Source: Octopus sinensis
Taxonomy: Eukaryota
Assembly (NCBI RefSeq): GCF_006345805.1
Contig: NC_042999.1
Coordinates: 56,854,001-56,918,000, forward strand
Length of the DNA stretch: 64,000 nt
Reading direction: 5' to 3'
Shown here: positions 13,861-28,371 of the stretch, piece after piece
Numbering within the stretch: the stretch's first letter is position 1
Layout of the letters: the number at the start of each line of letters is the position of its first letter
Translations under genes and position numbers: made by a program
The notes under the pieces: model-generated
Databases searched by the model: none
The model's input: the letters and a program-made list of their open reading frames with translations, nothing else
Told to the model about the DNA's origin: nothing

Positions 13861-15357
13861 GTTCAGGTCACTGCTTGGAATCGAACTTGGAATCTTGGGG
13901 TTAGTAGCCTGTGCTTTTAACCACTACACCATATGCCCACGGGCATATGGTGTAGTGGTTATAGAACTGTATTATGGGGAATTTTTATTTCATTTTAGTT
14001 GACATACAGATGCTCCACTATGTTTTACAGCAATGTTTTGTTTCAGCCTCTCAGCTGCATTCGAACCTTCAACTGAACCGACTACATTTCTGCACAAAAC
14101 ACTTATGGCTGTATTCCATACTTTGAATAGTTCTATGCATTCTGAGCTGAACAGATTAAGTGAACTTCTTAACACATATATCTTAGCCTTTTTGTTTGAC
14201 CTTGTAATGTTACATTCCATATGAATTCACCAAAAAAATATAATCTTTTTCCTGTAACACCATGTGCTACCTTTTGGCTTGTCGAGATATTTCCACACTT
14301 TTTCATTTATAATGTTGATATTGTCCAACTGCATTTTAACACTTGTATTTCTGATTTTTGCTTTCACAAACTTTCTCATCATTATATTGCCAATTTCTTC
14401 CGATGGCATACTATTTATTCTTTTGCCATTGTTCTGGCTTTTTTCATCTTTGTTCTACACTATATTTTTATATGTCCTATATTTCCACGATGAAAGCATT
14501 CTGCTTTTTTAAATGGATAATTTTCCCTCCACATGCATAACATGGGTTTATTTCCTGATTTTTGTCATGATTTTATAAAACACTTTATCTCTGTTCTGAC
14601 TATTTTGCACCTGCTTTACTTGGAAGTAATCTTTACTTTCAATTTCCTCTGTGTCATGTCTTAATTTGACTATCCTTTCACATTCTTCTGACACTTGCTG
14701 TAGGGTTACATCCTGGTTTTGTTTCAGCTTTGTGAGAATTCTAGTTCTAACTTTTGCGTCCTCTTCTGCAGTAAGTCCCTGTGTAAAAATCAGGAATTTG
14801 AACATAAGTGGTATTAATTCATCCACCTTAAACTTCTTGCATTTCCTGTTAACTCTACCAGCATGTGATATAGTCCTTGTTGTTGTTTTTTCTCTATGTT
14901 CAGACACTTCCAACATGTGTTGAACAATGAGCTTTTTTTCACTGAAAGTTTTATACAACATATCTATTGTGTCATTAAAGTTTAGCACCACCTGTCAAGT
15001 GCTGAAGTGATTGTAAAGGAATGTGAGATGAAGTGTTTTGCTCAATGACACAACACACCAGCCGATCCAGGAATTGAAACCACAGTTGCCAGATTGTGGG
15101 TGCAATACCCTAACTACTAGGCCATTTAGTATAATTCTGAGCACATATATTAACACAAACATATATACATAATTTCTTGCATACTATGAAAAAAAGGTCA
15201 CAAAACAGGCATAATCCCATGAAAGTCACTTGGTTAAATATATATATATATATTGATAGAAAAGGTAAGACAACAAAAGAATGAAAGAGACCTCGATATT
15301 ATGTAAATAGAGGAATTTATATGTAAATATAATATGTGACAATTAGTCGGTAGCCAT

Positions 15358-15418
15358 GATAAAACCCTGAGTTTCAGATGTTGGGGCGGAAACCCACGCC
15401 ACCATCTCCTCAGTTATC
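15358..15418 (-). ncRNA. Type I hammerhead motif (left arm; sense to the host pre-mRNA)
   Basis: GAUAA-CUGAGGA-GAUG...CAUC-U-GAAA-CUCAGGG-UU-UUAUC. Confidence 0.55.
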
Positions 15419-15444
15419 CAGTCATGCCATTTTTTTGATGGCCA

Positions 15445-15505
15445 GATAACTGAAGAGATGGCAGCATGGGTTTCTGCCCCGACATCCGAAACTCGGAGTT
15501 TTATC
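15445..15505 (+). ncRNA. Type I hammerhead motif (right arm of the hairpin)
   Basis: GAUAA-CUGAAGA-GAUG...CAUC-C-GAAA-CUCGGAG-UU-UUAUC: intact core, one extra nucleotide before GAAA, near-palindromic helix III. Confidence 0.6.
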
Positions 15506-15599
15506 ATGGCTACTGAATAATTGTCACATATTATATTTACATATATATATATATATATACATACATATTTTCAATTCTCAGATCTATTGGCTTTATATT

Positions 15600-15945
15600 C
15601 TTACATATAAAGAGTAAAGGATAAAGACTCCACTTTATTCATGAATGACCATAGGATTGCATCGAGGAAGTTCTCCCCGAGACACAAGTCCAAGCAAGAT
15701 TGTTTATGGATGACCAGTAGTTAACCAAGCATACCAGCCGCCCCTCACCATACCATTGATGTTATCCAAGAGAAAGGTAAAAACTGATACAGTTTGTCAC
15801 CAATGACATCGCAACTCATTTCTACAGCTGAGTGAACTGGAGCAATGTGAAATAAGTGTCTTGCTCAAGAACACAATGCAGAGCCCGGTCTGGGAATGAA
15901 ACTCAGAGCCTCATGATTGTGAGACTGATGCTCTAACCACTGAGT
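15600..15945 (-). mobile_element. tRNA-headed SINE, family C (another copy at ~60060-60375)
   Basis: tRNA-like head (ctcagtggttagagcatc...) and a body shared with the 60060-60375 copy. Confidence 0.7.
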
Positions 15946-16139
15946 GATGTGCTGGTGCCATGTAAAAAGCACCCAATACTCTCTGTAAAGTGCTTGGTGT
16001 TAGAAGGGGCATCCAGCCATAGAAACGAGGCTTATTCAGGCTGGAACCCAGTACAACTCTGCAGCTTGCCAGCTCAGGTCAAAAACTCTCCAAACCATGC
16101 CAGCCATGCCATAATGATATATATATATATATATATATA

Positions 16140-16676
16140 TTCTTGTGACACTTGTGAAGACCTGTTGAGGCAAGTGAAAATCAAACCAAATCAAAATAGA
16201 TGAATATCAATGGAAATTGTATCTTTGTGGTACCAGTGCCGGTGGCACACAAGAAAACCATCCGAACGTGGCCATAGCCAGTACCGCATCGACTGGTCTC
16301 CGTGCTGTGGGCACGTAACAAACACCATCCGATTGTGGCCGTTCGCCAGCCTCATCTGGCACCTGTGTCGGTGGCACATAAAATACACCATCCGAGCATG
16401 GCCGTCTGCCAGCCTCGTCTGGCACCTGTGTCGGTGGCACATGAAAAACACCATCCGAGCGTGGCCGTTCGCCAGCCTCGTCTGGCACCTGTGGCGGTGG
16501 CACATAAAATCACCCACTACACTCTCAGAGTGGTTGGCGTTAGGAAGGGCATCCAGCTGTAGAAACACTGCCAGATCTGACTGGCCTGGTGCAGCCTTCG
16601 GGCTCCCCAGACCCCAGTTGAACCATGCTAGCATGGAAAGCGGACGTTAAATGATGATGATGATGATGATGATGAT
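16140..16676 (+). mobile_element. 5'-truncated RTE 3'UTR with internal ~62-bp tandem units and (ATG)n tail
   Basis: Same terminal ~170 bp as the RTE at 36011-37378. Confidence 0.8.
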
Positions 16677-18575
<1,899 letters not shown>

Positions 18576-18603
18576 ATATATAATATATATATATATACAC
18601 ACA

Positions 18604-18655
<52 letters not shown>

Positions 18656-19787
18656 GTTATATTATATTAGAGACAAAACCACTATTATGCAAATCAAACA
18701 AAGAAAGACTTAAGCCAATACATAATATATAATATTTTACTATAAAATTGGATTCAATCCTAAATCTGATCTTTCCCTGTAAATTTGGATTTATTCCCTA
18801 ATATTTATTATTATATATATATATATGGTTTTTCTATCTTTTAGTCAGTAGACAAGCCAGTGCCCATACACACACACACACATATATATATATATCTATA
18901 TTTTGTCTATTTATAAACCTAACAAAAGAGGTTTGAAATATTTTGGAAGAATAAAAATAAAGACAACCATGCAGAGAAACAGAGTGCAAATCAGCTGCAC
19001 AATCAGTACAGCGCTATAACTCTTTGACTGTGTAAACACTGGATAATAAATGTAATTGATCTCATTGAATACATGGTTAATGTACAAATAACACAGTATA
19101 TGGTTTCTTTTGATAGAAATTGGATAAATGGAAGATGGAATCAGAATGAGAACAATAGGTTGGGTTTTTGTTGTTGTTGTTGTTTTTTTAAATGGTATAA
19201 CGAGTTTCTTTGTGACGACTGGTAAGTACAAGATTAACCTCATTGAGTGTGTATGCATTTCTGCAATACTCTCTCTCTCTCTTTCTTTACACACACACAT
19301 ATACTTATCTTATCATATATACATATATACATATACTTACATACACACACACATATGTGCGTGCGCGCGCACACACACACACACACATTATATGTATGAA
19401 TATATGTTTGCTTACACACAAACATATATGTATGTGTGTGTGTGTCAGTGTTTCTGAGTGTGAGTATGAGAAATTCATCCAATCTCACCTGGTTTGGAAA
19501 TTTGACGTAAAGCAAAGATGCTGATAATATAAATTGCATGCACACTCGCGCACGCGCACACACGCACACACACACACATGTGGCTGGGTGGTTCAAAGCT
19601 TGCTTCCCGACCATGTGCAGTCGCAGGTTCAGCCCCACTGCAGGAGAAAAAGTCTTTTGCTATAGCTCTGAGCTGACCAAAGCCTTGTCAGAGGATTTGA
19701 TTGATGAAAACTGAAAGAAGCCCATGATATATGTGTGTGTGTGTGTGTGTATCTTTGTTTTGCCAACATATGATGATTAATTATTCC

Positions 19788-20400
19788 CACTTAATTATGG
19801 ATGCTCTCTTAAAATAAACTATACTATGGTAGATACTATGAGAGAAATTCTCATTCTGGCTTTTGGTGCAAAATGCATTGTTGCTTACATTGCTAGTGGG
19901 GAGACAAATCTCCACCATCTTCAGCACTAAGATCACCAGATCACATGATTTCAACCTTCCTTGGGCTTGTCAATGATGTATCCTTGACTGCTAGAGATTG
20001 CAGCGACTCATCTCCCTGCCAGCGATATATAGTAAAACAGTGCCAGAACAGGTACTGGAGTTGCAATTAAAAAAATATATATTAGCAACAGAGGTAGGAT
20101 TAATACCAAGAGGTAAGATTTACTGCCACTTAAATGTGGATGTTCTGTTAGAACAGACTATACTGTAGGAGATACCATGAGAGATACTCTCCTATAGGCT
20201 TTTGGTGCAAAAATTCTCTCTTGTTTGTATCACTAGTGGGGAGATAAATCACCACCTTCTCCAGCCTTGAGACCATCAGATCACGGGATTTCGACCTTCT
20301 TTGGTCTCATCAATGATAGGTACTTGACTGCTAGAGATACCAGTGACTCATTTCTCTGCTGGTGATATAGAGGAAAACAGTGCCAGAACAGGTGCTGGTG
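19788..20400 (-). repeat. Diverged tandem duplication, period ~339 bp, each unit carrying a decayed hammerhead
   Basis: cacttaa...ggcttttggtgcaaaa...gactgctagagat...aaaacagtgccagaacaggt occurs twice. Confidence 0.75.
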
Positions 20401-20879
20401 TCATGATTGTAAACAAGAATCACTGTCATATGAGCAATGCTGTTCATTTCCAGTCTTCCACAATAAAATGTCTGGACAAAGGGAAATATTACGTTACTTG
20501 GAAACAGTTGAGTGTTGGCAACAGGAAGTACCTCTGCCTCAACAAATTCATCTGACCCATGCAGGCATGGGAAAGTGAATAGTAAATAATAATGATATCT
20601 ATGTATTTAAGCATTATGGAAGCGCATGAGTATGTGTGTATGTATGTACATACATGTGTATGTACATACATATGTATGTACATACATATGTATGTATGTA
20701 TGTATGTATGTATGCATGCATGCATGTATGTATCAATGTATGTTTGTTTGTATGTATGCATCACCACCACCACTACCAGCACCAGCACAACCACCACCAC
20801 CACCACTACCACCATCATCATTTAACATCCTTTTTCCATGCTAGCATGGGTTGGACAGCTCGACAAGAGCTGACATACA

Positions 20880-21215
20880 TTATTTATATACATACATGTA
20901 TTTTATTTATGTCTGTTCCTTCTCGAGCCATGCCTGGGTCATAAGGGCCAGTTTCCTGGTTTCCTTGGCGTATAGGTTCTCCACCTAGACGGGACGCCGG
21001 TCCGTCACAGGTGAGCTGCAAGATGCAGCAGGAAAGAGCAAGAGCAAGAGAAAGTTGTGGCGAAAGAATCAGCAGGAGTTCACCATTACCTCCTGCCAGA
21101 GCTGCGTGGTACTTAGGTGTTTCGCTCATAAACACACACATGGCTCGGTTTGAAATTCAAACCCGCGATCCCTCATCTGTGAGTCCGTTGCTCTAACCAC
21201 TAGACCATGTGCCTC
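20880..21215 (-). mobile_element. tRNA-derived SINE, family D (other copies ~22620-22925, ~23440-23665, ~26720-26995)
   Basis: tRNA-like A/B-box head (ggtctagtggttagagc...gggtttgaat) and a shared body. Confidence 0.8.
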
Positions 21216-22135
21216 CATTTCATTTATGCCTAAACATTTTACACACATACACACACACATACATATATATATGCATTATGTATGTATATCTATGTCTATA
21301 TATCTTGAGCATAAACATGCATATTTTGTGTATGAACATATGGAATATTCTCATATACTATAAGCACTTTTACCATTAAGTTATTTAAAAGTGTCATTGT
21401 TTTTAAACCTGATGATCTCTAAGGCCTATATATAATTAGTTAATCCTGCATTAATTAATTAGAAGGAAACTGGGCTCCTGACAAATTATAAATAATACAA
21501 AGAAACACATTTTTATCTCTTATATCTTTTTTCTCTGCCTGTGACTATGTTTCTTTTTAATACAATTGTACAATATAGAATTTATTCAATTGGAATTTAC
21601 CTATGATTTTTCGAAGTAGATTCCATTGGGTCATGGCATATACATTTTTTTCAATTTCACCCCCAATTAAGCAAAAATTCGAGAAAACTCAATATTTTAC
21701 GATTTGCCTCTCTCATTTCAAATGCTTTGCTCCTGCTATTACCACACTTTCTCCTACTTTCTCTTTGCAAGTGTATACCACTATCATATCCTGTTTCTGT
21801 AACTCTTATTCAACATCACACATTCTGTTACTTTCTCTTATTAATGCTTAAACCAATCCTCAAAAAAAAAAAGGCAACAGAGATCAGTCGCTAACTTTTG
21901 GTAGTATTCATTGGCGAGCGTACTTCAGTTGTCAATTGTTGAAAGAAAGAAATTGTAAGCTAAGAAGGTGTGTGTGTGTGTATGTGTGCGTGTGTGTGTG
22001 TGTGTGTAGGAAGTGAAGGATAAAAATATGGCAAGAAGTGGACAGATGTACATATATACATACATACATACATCCATACATACATACGTGTGTGTGTGTG
22101 TGTGCGTATGTATGTGTATTAATGTGTGTGTGTTA

Positions 22136-22503
22136 TCTCTCTCTATATAAAGCTGAAGTTGTCTGTGTGCAGCAGGTTTGGTAGCCTTCAACTAACACTA
22201 TCTCCTCCGAGACCCTGCGGTGCAAGTTGACTAAAATTGAGAGTATGATAGAAGAAGATAAAATTCAAATCGGACCATGTTAACACCAAAAATTATTTAC
22301 ATAAAAAAGGTGCTTTTTTCTATGAAAATCCTTATTTTTTACGATTTTTTCACTGCCGTGTCACCACTTTTCGGTGTATTTCAACCAGAAAAATGTTTAC
22401 TTGAAGAGAATAACAAGCTACATAATGCAAAATTTTTACTTTTCAAAAATTCCAATTCCGGCGGGTTGAAACAAACCCGAGCAACGCCGGGCGATACTGC
22501 TAG
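22136..22503 (+). mobile_element. Non-autonomous Helitron-like element
   Basis: 5' TC follows an A; 3' CTAG is followed by T; subterminal hairpin cccg-agcaacgc-cggg lies just upstream of CTAG; no TSD. Confidence 0.65.
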
Positions 22504-22989
22504 TTCTATGATAAAATGAGAAATTATGCAGGGATTGTTAAGTGAGATAATGTAAAGAGAAATACATCAGAGAAATGAATTATGATTGAAGCTACTTGTT
22601 CCAGTTGGATAACTTTTTATTTTATTTTATGCGCCCTTTTCAAGCCTAACTAGGTTCATGGGCCCGGTTTCTGTGGCATATGTGTTCCCCCCAGCTGGAC
22701 AGGACGCCAGTCCATCGCAGCATTACTCAAGATACAGGAAGAAAGAGTGAGAGAAAGTTGGGGCGAAAGAGTACAACAGGGGTTGCCACCATCCCCTGCC
22801 AGAGCCTCGTGGAGCTTTTAGGTGTTTTCGCTCAATAAACACACAACGCCCGGTCTGGGAATCAAAACCGCAATCCTCTGACCGCAAGTCCACTGCCCTA
22901 ACCACTGGGCCATTGCGCCTCCACAATTGGATAACAATTGGATAACTGCAATACATTTAATACTTTTATGCAAAGTTGTAGGAATATGA

Positions 22990-23200
22990 TACGGACTGCA
23001 TCAGGACTATCTTTTGGTGTTTGCAGATCCAAGCACTGCATAAAGGAAATGAGCGCTTAATCATCATTGACAAGACCAATAAGCCTGAACCAATTTTTGA
23101 TAGTTTGATATCTCATCTGCATGCACCACAACTACAGATTGATAGGTAACTGAACTGGTTAATCCTAGCCATTGATAGTTTGTTGACTCAGCATCTAGTG
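22990..23200 (-). mobile_element. Highly degraded RTE-like RT C-terminal remnant
   Basis: Minus frame reads RINQFSYL...DIKLSKIGSG...KHQKI, resembling RTE FxYLGS...I..RI.KA..AF..L...TKI. Confidence 0.4.
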
Positions 23201-23899
23201 ATATTTGCTATTAACAAAGTAAGTTCATCTGTTGAAATAGTTCACATCCATCTCATGATTTCAATGTGACCAAGGCTTGGATGGTTACCAGGTGTTAGGC
23301 CTTTCCAAGAGGCCACTGGTGATTTGTTTGTGAGCTGTTTGTTTCCATATTCACAGCTGACCTCTATTTGCACACATTAGCATAGCCAGGACTCTGATAG
23401 ATGCTTCTGCTCTGGGTCAGAATAAAAAGTTACCTTCTTGAGTTATGCCAGCTCATAAGGGCTGGTTTCTTGGCTTCCATGTCATATAAGTTCCTCACCA
23501 GGATGGGATGCCAGTCCATCATAGGATTACTCATTTTTGTCAGCTGAGTGGACTGGAGCAATGTTAAATGAAGTGTTTTGCTCAAGAATGCAGCGCATCG
23601 CCCAGTCCAGGAATTAAAACCACAATCTTATGATCATGAGTCTAACGCTCTAACCACTAAGCCAAACGCCTCCGCATGGGTCAGAATAGACCTGGAAACA
23701 ATAGTGACTAAGAGGTGGTTCTACACTTCACAAAATCCTGCAACTCCTGAACCAGGGCCCCACAACTGGATGCAGTTTAAAGTTATCCCCAGGACAAGTA
23801 GGCACTTACTCCAATCAAAATGTGATAAATTTATGTTATTGATGGCCACCACAGAGTGCAGTCCTTGTTACCATGTGGTGGCTAGTAATGACCCTGCAA

Positions 23900-24210
23900 T
23901 GACCCTACAAGATATGCCAGCAGAGCACAAGCTCTTGATAGGGCCTCCCAGGCTGGACAGATCAACGAACAGAGGCCAGGGTAATATGGACCACCTCTTC
24001 CAAGAGGTAAAACTGAGGTAGCATCAGGCCAACAACTCTCCCTAGAAAAAAAATCACTACTTGATATTTCTATCAAAGACAATTTAAAACTGAGAGAGGA
24101 AGACCTTCTCTCAGGGGGATGGACAGATGACAAAAAGACTGCTCAGAGCCAAGAACAGTGAAGAAAAGTTGTTGATGCCCTCTGCTCCATAGGGACTGAT
24201 GGGCTTAACC
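23900..24210 (+). mobile_element. RTE-like LINE 3' end
   Basis: Reads GRP...SQEQ*RKVVDALCSIGTDGL, an RTE-type terminus. Confidence 0.55.
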
Positions 24211-24879
24211 AGCACCAGGGTCAAGGAAGCCCAACCTATCAATAACAATATGTTACCAATGGACTTGGCTTCCTGGATCCTGGTTCTGTAGCACTTGTTG
24301 CACCTATCTTAAAATTGCATTGACTATAAGTGTATCTTTGTACAAAATTAGCATAGAATATATATATATATGTTTTATTCCAACTAAATTAGCTCTCTTC
24401 AATCATTAACATATGTAATTTATCTTAATATCTGAGACATTGTGATAATTAAAGTCAGTTTTGGTAGCAGCAATGGGTCACAATATAGGGAAACAATAGA
24501 CAGCTTTGTTATAATTCTGACAATTAACACCAAAGTTGTGTACAGGCAAGTTATCAAGTAAAAACTTACAAATTATTCACCAAGAAGCAGATGGAACTAA
24601 TTAAGTTGATTGCAGATGTATCTGTATAACTTCTGAAACATTTTGTTTAGATGAGAATTTTAAACATTAGAATTTATTTTAAAGGATAATTAACAATACT
24701 TAATGAGGTATATTAATTCAGAATGATGAGAAACAAATTTGATTTTTTTACTTGCCATATGATTATAAATCATCAAAATGGAAGCTTGAGCAAATGAGCA
24801 AGGCCTTGGAACAGTCATTTGGCTTTCTCAAATGAGCAGCCAAATCTCTTTCATATCATACTCAACCATTTTAGGTTGG

Positions 24880-25822
24880 GCAAAGTTCAGAGAGCTCCTA
24901 CTTCTGAGTGAAAGGCAGATTGTATGATGATGCCTGTGCGTGAAAAGCCATGCTACATGGCAGTGAAACATGGACTGTGACTGAGGACATGTATAGGCTT
25001 GAAAGAAATGATGCTAGTATGCTTTGCTGCATGTGCAATGTTAGTGTGCATGTATGACAGAGTGTAAACGTCTTGAGAGAAAAGTTGGGCATAAGAGGCA
25101 TAAGATGTGGTGTGCAAGAGAGATGACTGCAGTGGTATGGTCATGTAATGCGTATGGATGTGGACAGCTGTGTGAGGAAGTGCTGATCTCTACAAGTGGA
25201 AGGAAGCTGTGGAAGAGAGAAATCCAAGAAGACCTGGGACAAGGTGGTAAAGCATGATCTGCTAATGTTGGGTCTCACGGAAGCAATGACTAGTGACTGA
25301 GACCCTTGTTGATATACTGTGCTTGAAAAGACCTGGCAAGCTAAATGAAACCATAGTTGTGACTATTATCAGTGTCATGTAACTGGCACCCATGCTAGAG
25401 GCATGTAAAAATCACCTTGCGAGCACTGGACCTCACAGAGGCAATGTGGCTGATCCCAGTGTCATGTAACTAGCACCCATGCCAGTGGCTCTTAAAAAGC
25501 ACCTTTTGATCATTGGACCTCACAGAGGTAATGACAAATGACCAAGACCTTTGGCAGTATACTGTGCTTAAGAAAATCCATCAAGCCAAGTGAAATTGTA
25601 GTTGTGGTAGATAATGGTGTCACACAAACTGGCACCTGTGCTGGTAGTATGTAAAAGCACCCATTAAACTCTTGGAGTGGTTGGTGTTAGGAAGGGCACC
25701 CGACTATAGAAAGCATGCCAAATCAGACTGGAGTCAAGTGCAGACTGGAGTCAGCATACCAGCTCTGGTCAAACCACCCAACCCATACCAGCATGGGCAA
25801 CAGACGCTAAATGATAATGATG
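24880..25822 (+). mobile_element. Degraded RTE LINE 3' fragment with 3'UTR
   Basis: Homologous to 36220-37378 (WAKFRELL...YDACV...HGSETW). Confidence 0.8.
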
Positions 25823-26352
25823 ACTAATTGGTCGATGTAATTCTAAATGTTCTATAAAATAGGAGAGTCATGGCTGGAATACATATAATCATAGTTCTGC
25901 TCATTCAGAGCTGGACCAAGGCTAAATAATGACAACAGTTCTGAAGCTGTTGTCCAGCCTTCATGTTTTAATGTTTCCAACATTCACTTTATATTGACCT
26001 TTCACTTTTAAAACATGTCTGTTCCATAAATTAATCATTGAAGAGGTTCGCACGTGAAGTTTTAAAATGGAAATTAATGGAAAAAATGGACGCTATAAAA
26101 AAAAAATGAAAATGAAAAAATATTCCATTTTGAAGCAAAAAATAATGCAATGTTCTAAAAATTTTATCAAATGAACATTTACTTCACAAAATGATTTTAT
26201 GAGTGAAACTATATATAAAAAAAGAGATTTTGGCTCATATGATCACAGATATAGTTGTGAGGTTGCAGAATTAACTTTGTAATCCCATGGTCCCAAAGGC
26301 TCTATAAGCAACAAGTAAAAAAAATGGTCCAAAGTGAGACATATAAGATGTA

Positions 26353-26393
<41 letters not shown>

Positions 26394-26537
26394 TAAACAC
26401 ACACACACGCATGCAGACATGCAAGCAGAAACAAGTAGATGCACACATACACACAAGCATGTCTACACACTCATACACACATGCAGAGACAAATAAGAAC
26501 AAGCATCAAGAGAAAAATACACAGACACATGCATGCA

Positions 26538-26572
<35 letters not shown>

Positions 26573-27725
26573 ACACACACATACACACACACATACATAC
26601 ACAAACATACACACACACATGCATGCAAAGACAGGCTTATACATGCAGAAGTACACACACACACACACACACAAACACACACACTCATATTGCTTGTTCC
26701 TTCTCAAGCCACACCTAGCTCATAAGGACCGGTTTCCCGGTTTCCTTGGTGTATGGGTTCTCCACCTGGATGGGACACTGGTCTGTTGCAGGTGAGCTGC
26801 AAGATGCAGGAGGAAAGAGTGAGAGAAACTTGTGGCGAAAGAATCAGCGGAAGTTTGCCATTACCTTCTACCGGAGTTGCGTGGAGCTTAGGTGTTTTGC
26901 TCATAAACATACACATCACCCGGTCTGAGATTTGAACCTGCGATCCCTCGACTGTGAGTCCACGGCTCTAACCACTAGACCATGTGCCTCCACAGACACT
27001 CATATAGCGACAAACTGAGACAGAGAATGAGAGATCTTCATTTATAAGCTTTTTACATGTAGCTTTTTTGTTGTCAAAGATCAGGTCTAATTGAGCAAAC
27101 TTATATAACACAAATGAGTCGATAGTTTGGCTGAAAGGCTCAGTGTGGCCCTAAATTAACTGCTTTAGATTTACTATGCTCTGCTTTACTGAAAACCATG
27201 TCACAAATGTTTACATTTCTGTACGTCTGCATTATTAATCATGTGGAGCACTGTGGTGCAGCCTGTGAACGACACTTTATTCACTAATCAGTGTATTGCT
27301 GTAGATCTGCAGAATCTGATTGTGAATACACACACACAAAAAATAGAAAAAAAAAACCGGATACAGTGGACTGTGTGAGAAAGTAGAGAGCTGCCATTTC
27401 TGTATGCTACTAAATATTGGCAATATGTGTTTCCCTGTACAATGTTTGGGTCTAATAAAGTGACCGATGATACAGCAATACATTAGAGTTTCTTTTTCTT
27501 TTTTAATCTGGGTTGAATGGGTATGACGGTGTTGTCAGATTATGTGACTCAAGTATTTTCTATGTATGAATCTGTATAACAGTTTAGATTTTGTGAATGT
27601 AAGTCTATATATAATTTTTATAATTGGGTGTGTTACAGTATATAATTTTTATAGTTGGGTGTGTTACAGTGTGTGAAACAAGGTGGAAAAAAAGAGTACT
27701 CAAATACCAGTGGTAGAGTAATATG

Positions 27726-27790
27726 CTTTATTTAAAGCAGCAGAAAATTCAGTAACAGTTTTGTTGAATTTTCTGGTGCTTTAAATAAAG
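27726..27790. repeat. 26-bp-stem hairpin abutting a (TA)n tract
   Basis: ctttatttaaagcagcagaaaattca pairs with tgaattttctggtgctttaaataaag; 1 mismatch, 13-nt loop. Confidence 0.9.
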
Positions 27791-27794
27791 TATT

Positions 27795-27836
<42 letters not shown>

Positions 27837-27991
27837 ATATATATAATATATGTATGTATATATATATATATAATATATATATATGTATGTATATATATAT
27901 ATATAATATATATATATATATGTATGTATATATATATTATATTATATATATATATATGTATGTATATATATGTATCTATATATATAATATG

Positions 27992-28034
<43 letters not shown>

Positions 28035-28180
28035 ATATATATATATATATATATATAGTATGTATATATATATATATATATATTATGTATGTATATATAT
28101 ATGTTATATATATATATATATGTATGTATATATATATGTATTATATAATATGTATGTATATATATATGTATATATATATA

Positions 28181-28211
<31 letters not shown>

Positions 28212-28370
28212 ATATGTATATATATATATATATGTACATATATATATGTATGTATATGTATATATATATATATATATATGTACATATATATATGTATATA
28301 GATGTATATAATATATATATAAGTGTGATATATATGTATATATATATATATATAATATATTGTATATATA
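27791..28370. repeat. ~580-bp degenerate (TA)n/(TATG)n microsatellite
   Basis: Directly visible. Confidence 0.95.
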
Positions 28371-28371
28371 T

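Larger units (their letters stand above)
12791..14991 (-). mobile_element. Degenerate Gypsy/Ty3 internal region: gag, protease remnant and integrase, with RT/RNaseH missing
   Basis: Integrase motifs WSRLHINFTGP..YYLVVINSFSKWPE (13456-13680) and PYHPRSNGQAECFVDTFKRAL (12791-13396). Gag-like 14548-14991 and protease-like VKMQLD (14227-14409) are also present. No RT motifs were seen between them. Confidence 0.85.
15321..15542. repeat. ~100-bp-arm imperfect inverted repeat containing two opposed hammerhead motifs
   Basis: Arms ~15321-15420 and ~15443-15542 are reverse complements with scattered mostly transition differences. Confidence 0.9.

Noticed and set aside
23026-23145. Apparent plus-strand exon (tttgcag|ATCCAAGCA...GATAG|gtaact) with an open frame
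   Set aside because: The opposite strand reads as a degraded RTE RT C-terminus, and no partner exons were found.
20880-26995. tRNA-like sequences
   Set aside because: These are SINE heads continuing into shared SINE bodies, not standalone tRNA genes.
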